DNA of 64,000 bases from an uncultured delta proteobacterium (GTDB lineage Bacteria > Desulfobacterota > Syntrophobacteria > BM002), in NCBI GenBank assembly GCA_963712115.1, contig CAVQGX010000042.1, positions 64,001-128,000 on the forward strand, given 5' to 3'. The translations under genes were made by a program, and so were the position numbers. Every line of letters starts with the position of its first letter. Position 1 is the first letter of the stretch. The notes beneath the pieces are model-generated. The model saw only the letters and a program-made list of their open reading frames with translations. It ran no database searches and had not been told where the DNA came from. This document shows positions 52,276-62,986 of the stretch, piece by piece.

Positions 52276-53607
52276 ATGCACATGATAAGGGGACGGGCAA
52301 CTCCCTCGAGATCTACAAGACTTACCTTGCTGGTTTCAACCCTGCTGCTCTTAAGCACACCTGTCACCAGTAATTGTGCCAAACTACCAGCCAATTTGCT
52401 TATCTCTCCCAAGGCCGATCCACACCACGTTATTCTGGTGGAAAAGGCTTCTCAGCGACTCTTCGTTTATGAGTTTGCCGGGGACTATAATCTTGTGGCC
52501 ACCTTCAAATGCGCCACAGGTGAGAGCCCTGGGGACAAACAGCTGAGTGGTGATCAGAAAACTCCTGAAGGCGTATACTTCTTTACTAGGGCCGTGGGGG
52601 AGAGGTACCTCACCGCCACTTATGGAGCCAGGGCCTTTCCCATGAATTATCCTAACCTCCTGGATCGAAAAATGAACAAGGGGGGTAATAACATCTGGGT
52701 CCATGGCACCAACGAAGAGCTAAAAGAACGCAGTACCAATGGCTGCATTGTCCTTGCCAATGGAGACGTGGTCGAGCTGGAAAAGTACATCAGACTCTGG
52801 GACACCCCTATTATTATTGAAAAAGAACTGAAGTATGAAGAGCGAGACAACCTGCTCCGCCAGGGCCAGTTACTGCTTGACAGGGTTGAGGGCTGGAGCC
52901 AAGCTTGGTCACAAAAGGATCTGGATCGCTATCTTTCCTACTATGCCTCAGATTTCACTTGGGGAAATCTGGACCTCCAGGGCTGGAGAAATAGAAAAGC
53001 CCAGTTAAACAATCGCTATAAAATAATTTCTGCCCAGTTCAGTGATATTCGCTTCTTCCGTCACGGAAAGGTGGTTCTGGCCTTAGCTGAGCAAATATAT
53101 CGGTCAGATCGATTTGCCTCCGCCGGCCTCAAGCAACTGTATTTGGTTCAGAATTCGGAGGAGTGGCGTATTCTGGGTGAGGACTGGAGAAAATCAGGTC
53201 GTCGAGCGGTTCCTCCTATAAAACTGGCAGCTAAGCCTCCTGCTGACAGAGATAGTGAGAAAGGATCCGTTTCCCTTTTTGTAGAGGATTGGCGGCGTGC
53301 CTGGGAAGAGGGCACTCTTTCCAGATACTTAGCCTGTTATCATCCTCGATTCAAAACGGGGGATATGGATTTGAGAGGCTGGAAGGGATATAAGGAGCAG
53401 CTTTTTCATCGCTCCCAGGACCGTGTCATTCAGTTGACCGACATCAAATGGGAGGTGAATGGCAACAGGGCAGTGGTGGTCTGCAAGCAAGAATATCGTT
53501 CCGACATCCATCAGGACTTTGGCCTTAAAACTCTTCATCTTCTCTGGCACGGCGGCCAATGGACCATCTTAAGGGAAACCTGGCAACCTTTGACTGAGGA
53601 AGGATGA
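52276..53607 (+). CDS. L,D-transpeptidase (YkuD) with two NTF2-like C-terminal domains
   Basis: GD.KTPEG.Y, IWVHG...STNGCI, repeated W..AW.....YL..Y. Confidence 0.85.
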   Translation: MHMIRGRATPSRSTRLTLLVSTLLLLSTPVTSNCAKLPANLLISPKADPHHVILVEKASQRLFVYEFAGDYNLVATFKCATGESPGDKQLSGDQKTPEGVYFFTRAVGERYLTATYGARAFPMNYPNLLDRKMNKGGNNIWVHGTNEELKERSTNGCIVLANGDVVELEKYIRLWDTPIIIEKELKYEERDNLLRQGQLLLDRVEGWSQAWSQKDLDRYLSYYASDFTWGNLDLQGWRNRKAQLNNRYKIISAQFSDIRFFRHGKVVLALAEQIYRSDRFASAGLKQLYLVQNSEEWRILGEDWRKSGRRAVPPIKLAAKPPADRDSEKGSVSLFVEDWRRAWEEGTLSRYLACYHPRFKTGDMDLRGWKGYKEQLFHRSQDRVIQLTDIKWEVNGNRAVVVCKQEYRSDIHQDFGLKTLHLLWHGGQWTILRETWQPLTEEG

Positions 53608-53672
53608 GACCCCGCCCTGGCAGACCCTTTTTTCCGCAATCCGCAATCCGCAATCTCAAATGAGGAGAACAT

Positions 53673-54398
53673 GTGATAATAGAAGAAATCACTATGGATG
53701 ATTTTGCCTCAGGCCTGGAAAAGACGAGGACCGTGATCATCCCTTTTGGTTCCACAGAAGAACACGGACCGCATCTTCCTTTGGGTGCAGATACCATTCA
53801 TGTTTACGAAGTCTGCAAAGAGGCCGCGAAACAAATTTCGGTGTTCGTGGCGCCTCCCCTATTTTATGGTGTTTGCCGAAGTACGCGCAATCACCCTGGT
53901 ACCGTGGGTATCAGACCATCCACTTTACGGGCAATCACCGCTGATTTAGTTTCTGATCTTTACCGACAGGGACTGCGCCATTTTCTCATCATCTCTGGAC
54001 ACGCCAGCGGTCTTCACATATCCTGCCTCATTGAGGTCGGCGAAGAACTTCTTCGGAGTTATCCTGACATTCGGATGGCGGTGCTTTCCCTTCTCGACCT
54101 GAGTATGCCCGCCTGGCAGGAGGTCATTACCACTCAAGACGACTCCCACGCAGGTGAGGTGGAGACCTCAATCATGCTTCATCTACGTCCCCATTTGGTG
54201 GGTGAGGCCAGACCGCGGGAGAGGCCCCATTTTCCCGAACACTTGCTGGTTAGGGATAAGTTGCGCTACTGGCCAGGCGGAGTGTGGGGTGACGCCAGTC
54301 ATGCCTCAGAGGGGAAGGGCAGTAAGCTATTTGATCTCTCGGTTGCCGCTCTTGTCCGGCTAATCAAGGATCTCGACGGTAATGGCGAACAACTATGA
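53673..54398 (+). CDS. Creatininase family amidohydrolase
   Basis: PFGSTEEHGPHLPL..D, HPGT, GHA, HAGEVETS. Confidence 0.9.
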   Translation: MIIEEITMDDFASGLEKTRTVIIPFGSTEEHGPHLPLGADTIHVYEVCKEAAKQISVFVAPPLFYGVCRSTRNHPGTVGIRPSTLRAITADLVSDLYRQGLRHFLIISGHASGLHISCLIEVGEELLRSYPDIRMAVLSLLDLSMPAWQEVITTQDDSHAGEVETSIMLHLRPHLVGEARPRERPHFPEHLLVRDKLRYWPGGVWGDASHASEGKGSKLFDLSVAALVRLIKDLDGNGEQL

Positions 54399-56455
54399 AC
54401 ACTCCAGATTTACTGGCACCAGCGGGAAACATTGAAAGCTTCTTCGCCGCCTTGGAAAATGGTGCCGACGCCGTATATGTGGGTTATCGCCATTTCAACG
54501 CCAGAGCCCTGGCCGCCAACTTCACCCTCGAAGATATTGCCCGGTTGAAGGAATACGCCCACAACCACGGGGTTAAACTTTATGTAGCCTTGAACGCTGC
54601 ATTGCGTGAAGAGGAAATCGAAGAAATAGTTGATACCCTCTCTGGCCTTTCGCAGGTTGAGCCCGATGGGCTCATCATCCAGGATGGGGCCATTGCTCGC
54701 CTGTGTCAACTTCACTTCCCCAACTTGAGCCTACACGCCAGCACTCTCATGACCGTGCACAATTCAGCTGGGGTTGAACAACTGCAAAGCATGGGTTTTC
54801 AGCGGGTGGTGCTGGCCCGTGAGCTTACAATTGAAGAACTTGCCAGCATTGCCACGAGTACCACTTTAGAGCTGGAAATCTTCATCCACGGTGCGCTGTG
54901 CTATTCATACTCAGGTCTATGTTTGGCTAGTTCCTTCTATGGAGGCCGGAGCAGCGTGCGAGGCAGATGTGTGCAGCCTTGCAGGCGTCTGTATCGCTCA
55001 GGCAGACACCAAGGATACTTTTTCTCTCCCAATGATCTATCTGCTATCGATTTGATCCCCAGGTTGCGCCAACTTAGACTTGCTGCCTTCAAAATTGAAG
55101 GTCGCATGAAGCCAGCGTCTTACGTTGCAGCGGTTGTCCGTGCCTATCGACTCGTATTGGATTCTCCACCAGGTGATGAGACCAAGGCGATTGCCGAAGC
55201 CCGACGCTTCCTCAAAGAGGCATACGGCCGAAAACCCACCCAAGGATTTCTCCCGGCCGATCAGCGGGGCGAGATCATTACGCCCCATCGTAGTGGTGCC
55301 AGTGGTCGTATTGCTGCCAAGGTGGAATGGGTGCGTGACAACCGCATGGGGCTGAGGTTACATTGTCCCCTGGCAGTTGGCGATCGACTGCGGTTGGAGT
55401 CGAATGAGGAAGTGGAAAAAACCGCTTTTACTATTAGAGATATGGTTGTTAAAGGTAAGCATCCGACCGAGGCCTCAACTGGTACCGTAGTTGCTGTTCC
55501 CCGGATTCGTGACGCTCGCCGGGGAGATCGGGTGTTCAAAACCGGTTCCAAGTCTGGAAAGAGCCCATCATCAGCCAAACTCCGCCGTCTTCTCAGAGAA
55601 AAAACTTCAACACCTCGGCTGGCTGGCTCTATAGCAGTTATCGAGACAAAGATACCCCCCCAACCAAAAAAAGGAGAATCAGATAAGCAAGCCTCCACCC
55701 TTTACCTTAGGTTATCTCATTTGGGAGGGCTCAATGCTGGCCTTGACTCAGGTGCCGACTGGATCCTCCTGCAGGCAACCAAGTCCAACCTAAACTCCCT
55801 GTCCAAACGCAAAATGGCCTTGAGTAAAAGAAGTCGTCTCTTCTGGGGTTTGCCAGCAATAATTCACCAGAAGGATTTGGAGTTTTATAGGGAGCAGGTA
55901 GGTATACTGCAGCAAACAGGGCATAACCAATGGCTGGTGGCCAACTGGGCACATTTCCGCTTATTTTCTCGGCCGCCCGACGCCATCATTGCAGACTACA
56001 CCTTCAATGTACTCAACTCGCATGCTGCCTTTTTGCTCAATGAGATGGGTTGCCAACGGGTGATTCTCTCTTTGGAAAACGACCGGAACAATCTCAGGAA
56101 ATTGGCACCGGCAATCCAGAGATTAACCCCCCTGGCAACAGTCTTCGGATGGCCAGCTCTCTTTACTAGCCGTCTAGGGGTAAAGCCACGGGAGGGATAT
56201 GCCATCTGGGGCTCGAATAGAAATAGGCTGCAACACAGCCGGCAGGCAGAGATTACCTCGGTCCGCTCTGATCGTCCACTGTGCCTGTTTGAGCACTTGA
56301 TGGAATTGGGCAAAATGGGTGTGATGGATTTTGTCGTAGACCTGAGAGGGCAAAAATTTCAGGGTCATGAACTGAATAATATTATGAAGGGACTGGGCCG
56401 GCAACGTTGTCCGCAAACGCACAGCACCTTCAACTATTTAGGAAAGTTAATGTGA
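54395..56455 (+). CDS. U32 family Fe-S hydroxylase (RlhA-like)
   Basis: LLAPAG, GADAVY.G, HAST, LAREL, HGALCYSYSG.C, RG.C.QPCR, KIEGRMK. Confidence 0.88.
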   Translation: MNTPDLLAPAGNIESFFAALENGADAVYVGYRHFNARALAANFTLEDIARLKEYAHNHGVKLYVALNAALREEEIEEIVDTLSGLSQVEPDGLIIQDGAIARLCQLHFPNLSLHASTLMTVHNSAGVEQLQSMGFQRVVLARELTIEELASIATSTTLELEIFIHGALCYSYSGLCLASSFYGGRSSVRGRCVQPCRRLYRSGRHQGYFFSPNDLSAIDLIPRLRQLRLAAFKIEGRMKPASYVAAVVRAYRLVLDSPPGDETKAIAEARRFLKEAYGRKPTQGFLPADQRGEIITPHRSGASGRIAAKVEWVRDNRMGLRLHCPLAVGDRLRLESNEEVEKTAFTIRDMVVKGKHPTEASTGTVVAVPRIRDARRGDRVFKTGSKSGKSPSSAKLRRLLREKTSTPRLAGSIAVIETKIPPQPKKGESDKQASTLYLRLSHLGGLNAGLDSGADWILLQATKSNLNSLSKRKMALSKRSRLFWGLPAIIHQKDLEFYREQVGILQQTGHNQWLVANWAHFRLFSRPPDAIIADYTFNVLNSHAAFLLNEMGCQRVILSLENDRNNLRKLAPAIQRLTPLATVFGWPALFTSRLGVKPREGYAIWGSNRNRLQHSRQAEITSVRSDRPLCLFEHLMELGKMGVMDFVVDLRGQKFQGHELNNIMKGLGRQRCPQTHSTFNYLGKLM

Positions 56456-56642
56456 TGTGGGATATGGGATTTGGCATAGGGCATAGAGCATGGGGCATAG
56501 GGTAAGGAGTCACGAGTCAGAATCCAGAATTCAGGTTTCAGCTTTTGTGTTTCTCTTCCCTGACACCTGAAACCTGACACCTTGAGATTTGGTGCTTGGG
56601 ATTTAAGATTTTTCGACGTCCTAATGAAATAGAAAGGCAAAG

Positions 56643-57404
56643 ATGGTTTTTGATAAGATATCTGATTACTTCGCCTTAATGGCTGCTCTGCCCAGCGAGG
56701 GTGAGCTTATCCTAGATCAATGCAGAATTGTTGGGACTGAGACTAAGGGTGACCTGGAAATCCTTCGTGGTACTCTGACCGACAAAAAGGTGCTTGTCAC
56801 TTTCAGTGGCCTGGGCAAAATAAACGCTGCTGCTGCGGCAGCAGCAATCCTGTCCAGCTACTCAGTTTCACGTCTTTGGATGTGGGGCTCGGGAGGGGCT
56901 TATGATTTGGCGGGAGTCGAGATCAACGATGTAGCCTTGGCCAGCGAGGAAATTCTTGGGGACGAGGGTGTTGCAACTATCAGCAACTGGCAACCACTTG
57001 ATGCCATAGGTATTTCCTTGATTGATACCAAGGGGGAGCCCATCTTTAACCGAATGGAGGTGGATCCGCTGGAGTTGAAGCGAAGCAGGCAATTGCTTAG
57101 TGAGTGGCAGCGTGTTCCGCCCGCACCCCGAATACATGTGGGCTCATTTGTCACAGTATCAGCCGTCAGTGGTAGCCCCGCCAGGGCCCGTCTTTTATCC
57201 GACCGTTACAGGGCTCTGTGCGAAAATATGGAAGGTGGAGCAGTTGCCCAGGTATGCCTCCGCTATCAAGTGCCCTTTCTGGAAATCAGGGGATTGAGCA
57301 ATCGGGCCGGTGACCGAAACAAAAAGAGATGGCAGCTGAGCAAGGCTTTGAATAATTGTCAGCAAGCCCTTCTCTATTTGCTCGAAAATTGGGACAAGGT
57401 GTGA
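56643..57404 (+). CDS. mqnB: Futalosine hydrolase
   Basis: SGLGKINAA, E...DEG, FVTVS..SG, ENMEGGAVA, EIRG.SN; adjacent to mqnD. Confidence 0.85.
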   Translation: MVFDKISDYFALMAALPSEGELILDQCRIVGTETKGDLEILRGTLTDKKVLVTFSGLGKINAAAAAAAILSSYSVSRLWMWGSGGAYDLAGVEINDVALASEEILGDEGVATISNWQPLDAIGISLIDTKGEPIFNRMEVDPLELKRSRQLLSEWQRVPPAPRIHVGSFVTVSAVSGSPARARLLSDRYRALCENMEGGAVAQVCLRYQVPFLEIRGLSNRAGDRNKKRWQLSKALNNCQQALLYLLENWDKV

Positions 57405-57594
57405 GTAGCTCTTCCACCTTTGTGCTATCATTAAAGCTTAGTTCAATAATAATACGGTTGCGGCTTTAGCGGAGTGACACGGAGAGGCAAGCATTTTTCT
57501 CCGCGTCTCCGTTTCTCCGGTTCGCCCAGTCGACCTGCACAGGCTAGCGCCGTTCTAGACAGATTTTTTTGCCTGCAATCAAGGTATCGTACGC

Positions 57595-58431
57595 ATGAGA
57601 ACTTTGACTCTTGGTTTCTCCCCTTGCCCCAACGACACCTTTATTTTTGGAGCACTCGCCACCGGCAAGCTTGAGGTTCCCGGCTTCCGGCTGGAGATAA
57701 TCCACGAAGATGTGGAAGCCCTGAATAAACTTGCCAGGGAAGCCCTTCTGGACTTTACCAAAATATCTTTTCACGCCTTCGCACTGGTGGTAAAGCGCTA
57801 CGCTCTCCTTCGCTCCGGTGCTGCCCTGGGTAGGGGCTGCGGCCCCCTGGTGGTAGCAAGGGAACCAAGGGATATGGACAGTCTGCGCGGGGAAGCCATA
57901 GCTATTCCTGGAGAGCTAACTACAGCAAATCTCCTTCTCCAGCTTTACGGAGAAGGTTTTGCCCATGTACACCCAACGTCCTACGAAACCATCATGCCAC
58001 GGTTACAGCGCGGCGAGTTTGCTGCTGGTGTGGTCATCCATGAAGGGAGATTTACTTATCACAACCACGGATTACACCAGGTGCTGGATTTGGGCGGCTG
58101 GTGGGAAGAAACCCAAGATCTTCCTATTGCACTGGGAGGAATTCTTGTTCGCCGCGACCTTGGTTATGATGTTGCCGAGGTAATAGAGGATGCTATTCGC
58201 CACAGCTTGAACTTCGCTCGCCAAAACTCAGAAGAAATCTGGCCCTATATCAAGACGCACGCCCAGGAGATGGACGACGAGGTAATAAGGCAGCATATAG
58301 ATCTTTACGTCAATGAGTACTCCCTTGATTTGGGGGAGGAGGGTAGGCTCGCCATCAAGACACTGCTAGAGCTGGCCCATAAACGTGGCCTCCTGCCCCC
58401 TGTGACTGCTGGTCTTTTTCTGACGGACTAG
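57595..58431 (+). CDS. mqnD: 1,4-dihydroxy-6-naphthoate synthase
   Basis: GFSPCPNDTF, G.ALGRGCGP, IHEGRFTY, HI.LYVN. Confidence 0.95.
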   Translation: MRTLTLGFSPCPNDTFIFGALATGKLEVPGFRLEIIHEDVEALNKLAREALLDFTKISFHAFALVVKRYALLRSGAALGRGCGPLVVAREPRDMDSLRGEAIAIPGELTTANLLLQLYGEGFAHVHPTSYETIMPRLQRGEFAAGVVIHEGRFTYHNHGLHQVLDLGGWWEETQDLPIALGGILVRRDLGYDVAEVIEDAIRHSLNFARQNSEEIWPYIKTHAQEMDDEVIRQHIDLYVNEYSLDLGEEGRLAIKTLLELAHKRGLLPPVTAGLFLTD

Positions 58432-58449
58432 CTGAACGGAAGAACAACA

Positions 58450-59604
58450 ATGCGCACAGAGAACAACAAATTGACCGTCACCTATTTTCCCTACACCTTA
58501 ATGCATAAGAATGACCTGAAAAGGTTAATCCCTTATTTCGATAACATTCGGTTACTTCAAGTTTTCCCTGATTCTGATCCTGGGCTGCCAGATCTGGTCC
58601 AGACCTCCCAGCTGGTACAACTCTACGCCCCCATATCCAACCCGGCCCTATTAGAAACCGTTAGCAGAGCACGCAAAACATATGATCAACTGGGAAGAGT
58701 TCACCAGGATGGCCTGGCTCATTTGCTTCAAACCTTTGCCTTACAGGAGGATTTCGAGGGCTCTCGCACTGGTCTAGTGGCGAGAATTAGGCAGGCTCAC
58801 CCTCGGTTGAGTGAAGACGAGCTGGAATTTGTTAACGATGCTGTCTTCATCCTTCTCGCTCATCAATTCGATCAGGAGCATCTCGAATTGGATCTACAGC
58901 TGGAGCGAATCCGTGGACTGGAGGCCAAGTTTCAGGAAGAGGTGGGTATTGGTACCGACGAAGAAAGCGAGATCACGGCGGCGACATCGGTATTATTGCA
59001 AGAGTCGGATCCACCTCGAGCTCAATATCCTTTCCAACGTCTGAGGGGTTGGACCCATCTTTATTGTTTACAGAAGCATATGTCATCTTTTCCTGCCCTC
59101 ACTACCAGCCCAGAGGTCTTGTCGGAGATTGTTGAACGGTTGCCATCCCAGTTTGCCGCTCTCTCGGGAGAATTGCCGGCAATGGAAATGGAACAGCATC
59201 TCCTGTCCATTCTTCCAGATCCCCAGTCGCTTTCTCTGGAAGAGGTCCTGGAATTCAGACGGTTGCTGAGCCGCGAGTCAACTGTGGATAATTGGCGAAA
59301 GTCCCTTACTGCCGTTTTTGAACAACTAGAGCGAGAGCCACTCCAAGAGGTAATGTGGCAAGAAATAAACCATCATCTGCAAGAACAGGCCCATGGGTTT
59401 CGCCAGCTCTGGCCAGCCTCTGAAAAGCCCAGCCGCTACCTGAAGCTCGAGTGCCTGTGCTATCCCAGGATGCAGCCAGAGGTGGCTTTTGCCTTAGCAT
59501 CTGGCCTAAAACTGCCGGCTGCAAAAATGTACGCCCCCGCGGACACCAATGGAATTACGCTTTTAATCTACCCGTCAGAAATTCAACCAGGTGACAGACA
59601 GTAA
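58450..59604 (+). CDS. Hypothetical protein
   Basis: 384-aa ORF co-oriented 18 nt after mqnD; no recognised motif. Confidence 0.7.
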   Translation: MRTENNKLTVTYFPYTLMHKNDLKRLIPYFDNIRLLQVFPDSDPGLPDLVQTSQLVQLYAPISNPALLETVSRARKTYDQLGRVHQDGLAHLLQTFALQEDFEGSRTGLVARIRQAHPRLSEDELEFVNDAVFILLAHQFDQEHLELDLQLERIRGLEAKFQEEVGIGTDEESEITAATSVLLQESDPPRAQYPFQRLRGWTHLYCLQKHMSSFPALTTSPEVLSEIVERLPSQFAALSGELPAMEMEQHLLSILPDPQSLSLEEVLEFRRLLSRESTVDNWRKSLTAVFEQLEREPLQEVMWQEINHHLQEQAHGFRQLWPASEKPSRYLKLECLCYPRMQPEVAFALASGLKLPAAKMYAPADTNGITLLIYPSEIQPGDRQ

Positions 59605-59676
59605 CTCCCAGCCCTCAATGTCTATGCGGAGTTAAATGCATAGGCGTATTGCTCAAATCTAAAATATCCGGGCTAA

Positions 59677-61038
59677 CTAGATGGCAAAGGGGGAGGTACT
59701 AGAGGAGGGATTTTCGAGCTGTTGCCCCAAAAACTCTACTTGGTTACGCACACCGCTTTTTTGTTGAATCTGCCGTGAGATGTTATCCACAGCATGGATG
59801 ACCGTGGCGTGGGAACGATTGAAGGCCCGACCGATGGACTCCAGAGTTTCATCAGTGTACTTGCGGCAAAAGTACATTCCCAAATTACGTGGATATACGA
59901 CGCCTTTTTTGCGGGAATTTGACTTCAGTGCTTCAACCGAGACCTTGAAGTACTGACAGATAACTTGTTGTACTCGTTCTATGCTTACTGCCTCGCGGCT
60001 GTCACAGACCGATTCCAGAACCTCGTGGGCGAGTCTTAGATCAATAGGCTTCTCCAAAAGTGAGGACTTGGCTACGATACCAATTATAGAGCTTTCCAGC
60101 TGTCGTATATCTCGGGTGATGTGGGTGGCCAACAACTCTGCCACCTCCGAGGGAAGTCGGATTCCCTCGTTGTCTGCTTTCTTCTCGAGAATCTTTAGCC
60201 TTGTTTGAAAATCGGGCGGTTCGATGTGGGTAACCATTCCCGCGGTCAACCGTGATTGCAGCTTGCTCTTGAGTTTGGGAATATCCCTTGGGAAATGGGT
60301 CCCGGTGAATATGACTCGCTTATCATCCCTACTCAGAGCATCAAGTGTATAAGACAGTTCAGCCTGCGTTTTCTCTTTGCCACTGAGAAATTGCACTTCC
60401 TCCAAAAGAAGTACATCGCAACCGCTGCGGAATTTTTCCTTGAATCCTTCCATGCGCCGTTGCTTAATAGCGACGACCATCTCATTGGTGAATTCCTCAG
60501 CAGTGAGATAGAGAACACGGGTGTTTCTATTGTGGGATAGGATATGGTTGCCAATAGCATGGGAGAGGTGGCTTTTCCCCAGCCCGGTATCGGCCAATAG
60601 ATAAAGAGAACTGCTGAGGCCGCGGTCGCCGCTGGCAATAGCAAAGGAAGCTTGAAAGGCAAAGCTGTTACCCGAGCCCACCACGAATTGGTCAAAAGTG
60701 AATCTGCGATTTAAGCGGTAAAGATTTCCGTTTTCTTGCGGGGGCAATGGAAGCGGCAATTGGCTGGAATCATCATCGCCTGTTGGGAGTCTTCGAGGGG
60801 TGGCTGCCAAGCGCAAATGGATTTCTTCGGAGGTGCCGCTGTGTCTTTCCCAACTGCTTTTAATTTCAGCTAGATAATTTTCCCGGACCCAGTTGAGAAA
60901 AAAACGGTTGGGGCAAGCCAGGGACACTTTACCTTCATCAGAAACAACCAAATCCAGGGGATCAATCCACATTTTATAACAGTTGCTAGAGATGCGACCT
61001 TGCAGGTCATCCTTGGTCCGCCTCCAGATATCTTCCAT
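59677..61038 (-). CDS. dnaA: DnaA-family replication initiator, divergent paralog
   Basis: FTFDQFVVG..N, TGLGKSHL, LLLEEVQFL, L.SR, DIRQLE, domain IV IG..F.R.HATV.HA. Confidence 0.88.
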   Translation of the reverse strand: MEDIWRRTKDDLQGRISSNCYKMWIDPLDLVVSDEGKVSLACPNRFFLNWVRENYLAEIKSSWERHSGTSEEIHLRLAATPRRLPTGDDDSSQLPLPLPPQENGNLYRLNRRFTFDQFVVGSGNSFAFQASFAIASGDRGLSSSLYLLADTGLGKSHLSHAIGNHILSHNRNTRVLYLTAEEFTNEMVVAIKQRRMEGFKEKFRSGCDVLLLEEVQFLSGKEKTQAELSYTLDALSRDDKRVIFTGTHFPRDIPKLKSKLQSRLTAGMVTHIEPPDFQTRLKILEKKADNEGIRLPSEVAELLATHITRDIRQLESSIIGIVAKSSLLEKPIDLRLAHEVLESVCDSREAVSIERVQQVICQYFKVSVEALKSNSRKKGVVYPRNLGMYFCRKYTDETLESIGRAFNRSHATVIHAVDNISRQIQQKSGVRNQVEFLGQQLENPSSSTSPFAI

Positions 61039-61855
61039 AAAACACCCTCTACAGATATGCCAAATCCCTCTGCATTCTAGCCCCATCTATTCGTGCACAA
61101 GGAATTAGACTTCACTAATGAGGACAAAACACGGAAACAAAAATTTTCTTGCGTTCAGACCGCAATGAAAGCCCGGATAGTTGTGATAACTCTTTTTCTC
61201 GCTTAGGTTCCGCTTGGTTGGTTTACTCTGGAACGGAACACCAGAGAGATGCTAAGACCTTAATTCAAATTCGTCTCCAAAGTTTTTGACTTGTCGACTT
61301 TTACTTGGGAGCAAAGCGGTAGTCAAATGGACGATGCTTTTTCCTGGCTAAAGCGCGGAGACGTTTCGTCACATGGGTTAGCTTTGTAATCTATCCGAAT
61401 TCTGATGTCAAACTCTGTATAGCCGCATTTTACTCTAATCATCCCTAAATTGTTAACAATTAAATTTCATCCAGATTTCCGGACCTTGTTAAAGTATATT
61501 CAGATAAGGGTGCGGCAACAGTCATTTTTCCTATCTTTCGAGAAATCTATCTGATATTCAAGGGCTTACGTAGGCATTTTTTCTTATTTTTTCTTTATCA
61601 ACATTCATGATCTTCTGATTTCGCCGATTTCCTCCTTTTTTTTACCATCAATTTTTTTCATCACAACCATCAACTTGGGCGTTGAATTCAAAATCAGATT
61701 TTGCCAATATACTTAATACATTTCCTTCCACCATTGACATTGACGAGATATCAACACCATTGTCGACTGGCCCGCTAGGCCTTGTCTTAGTAATGCTTTG
61801 CTACTAACAACCGTCTCATAACTGCAGGCCTACCTGCAAGAATAGGAGAGCCTCC

Positions 61856-62788
61856 ATGGAAAAACTCACTGTGGCATTGCTCAGTGGCGGGCGCTCAGCC
61901 GAGCGCGAGGTATCACTAAAAAGTGGAGAACAAGTTTACCAAGCCCTGAATAAGGTCAAATACAACATCCGCCGCTACGACCCCAGGGATGACTTAGCTC
62001 ATCTCATAACCGAAGCTGGAGAGATCGACGTGGCCCTGATAATTCTCCACGGACGTTACGGCGAAGACGGAACAATCCAAGGACTCCTAGAGCTACTGGA
62101 TATTCCCTATCACGGCAGTGGTGTCCTCGGTAGCGCTCTTGGCATAAACAAAATCCTTTCCAAACGGCTTTATGAACACGCCGGCCTTCCGGTTTCTCCC
62201 TACCTTATCCTTGATCGTGCCGACCCAGATGGTCGGGCCAAAGTTCAGGAAGTGTTAGGTTTTCCGGTGGTGGTCAAACCCGAGCATGAAGGCTCCAGTA
62301 TAGGCCTTAGTATAGTGGCTGAAGCTGGCAAACTCAAGCCTGCACTGGAACTGGCCGGTGAGTATGACCGGTTCGTCCTGGTGGAGAAATACCTGGAGGG
62401 TACCGAGATAACCGGTGCGGTTCTCGGCAATCTTAATCCCGAGCCTCTCCCCTTGGTGGAGATTATTCCTGGTGATCAGTATGAGTTTTTTGACTACGAG
62501 GCCAAATACAAACCAGGGGCCACTGAAGAGATCTGTCCGGCCCGGCTTAGTGAAAAACTCACCAAAAAAGCACAGGACTATGCGGTACGAGCCCACCAGG
62601 CGTTGAAATGCAGGGGCTACAGCCGTACAGATATGATTGTCAGCAAGGATGAAATCTATATTCTAGAAACCAATACCATACCCGGCATGACCGCCACCAG
62701 TCTTTATCCCCAGGCGGCAGCCGCTGCAGGTATTAGTTTTTCAGAACTCCTGGACCGACTAATCGAACTGGCCCTTGAGAAAGATTAA
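61856..62788 (+). CDS. ddl: D-alanine--D-alanine ligase
   Basis: GGRSAEREVSL.SG, LHG.YGEDG, GSSIG, DYEAKY, E.NT.PGMT..SL.P. Confidence 0.96.
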   Translation: MEKLTVALLSGGRSAEREVSLKSGEQVYQALNKVKYNIRRYDPRDDLAHLITEAGEIDVALIILHGRYGEDGTIQGLLELLDIPYHGSGVLGSALGINKILSKRLYEHAGLPVSPYLILDRADPDGRAKVQEVLGFPVVVKPEHEGSSIGLSIVAEAGKLKPALELAGEYDRFVLVEKYLEGTEITGAVLGNLNPEPLPLVEIIPGDQYEFFDYEAKYKPGATEEICPARLSEKLTKKAQDYAVRAHQALKCRGYSRTDMIVSKDEIYILETNTIPGMTATSLYPQAAAAAGISFSELLDRLIELALEKD

Positions 62789-62827
62789 ATCGAATTCGGA
62801 GTTCAATGCGGAACGGGAAACTCTATT

Positions 62828-62986
62828 AAATTCTAAATCCCAAATCCTAAGCACCAAACAAATTCAAATTCTCCAAATCCAAATGATCCAAACTCAGGAT
62901 GAGTCTATTTGTGCAGTTCCGTTTTGAACATTGGAGAATTGGGATTTTGAATTTGTTTAGGATTTAGATATTGTGATTTAGGATTT
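62828..62986. repeat. Long palindromic element family A, copy 4, between convergent ddl and hypE
   Basis: aaatcctaagcaccaaacaaat ... atttgtttaggatttagatattgtgatttaggattt. Confidence 0.85.

Noticed and set aside
61090-61855. oriC
   Set aside because: No cluster of consensus DnaA boxes and no dnaN; cannot be supported without skew analysis.
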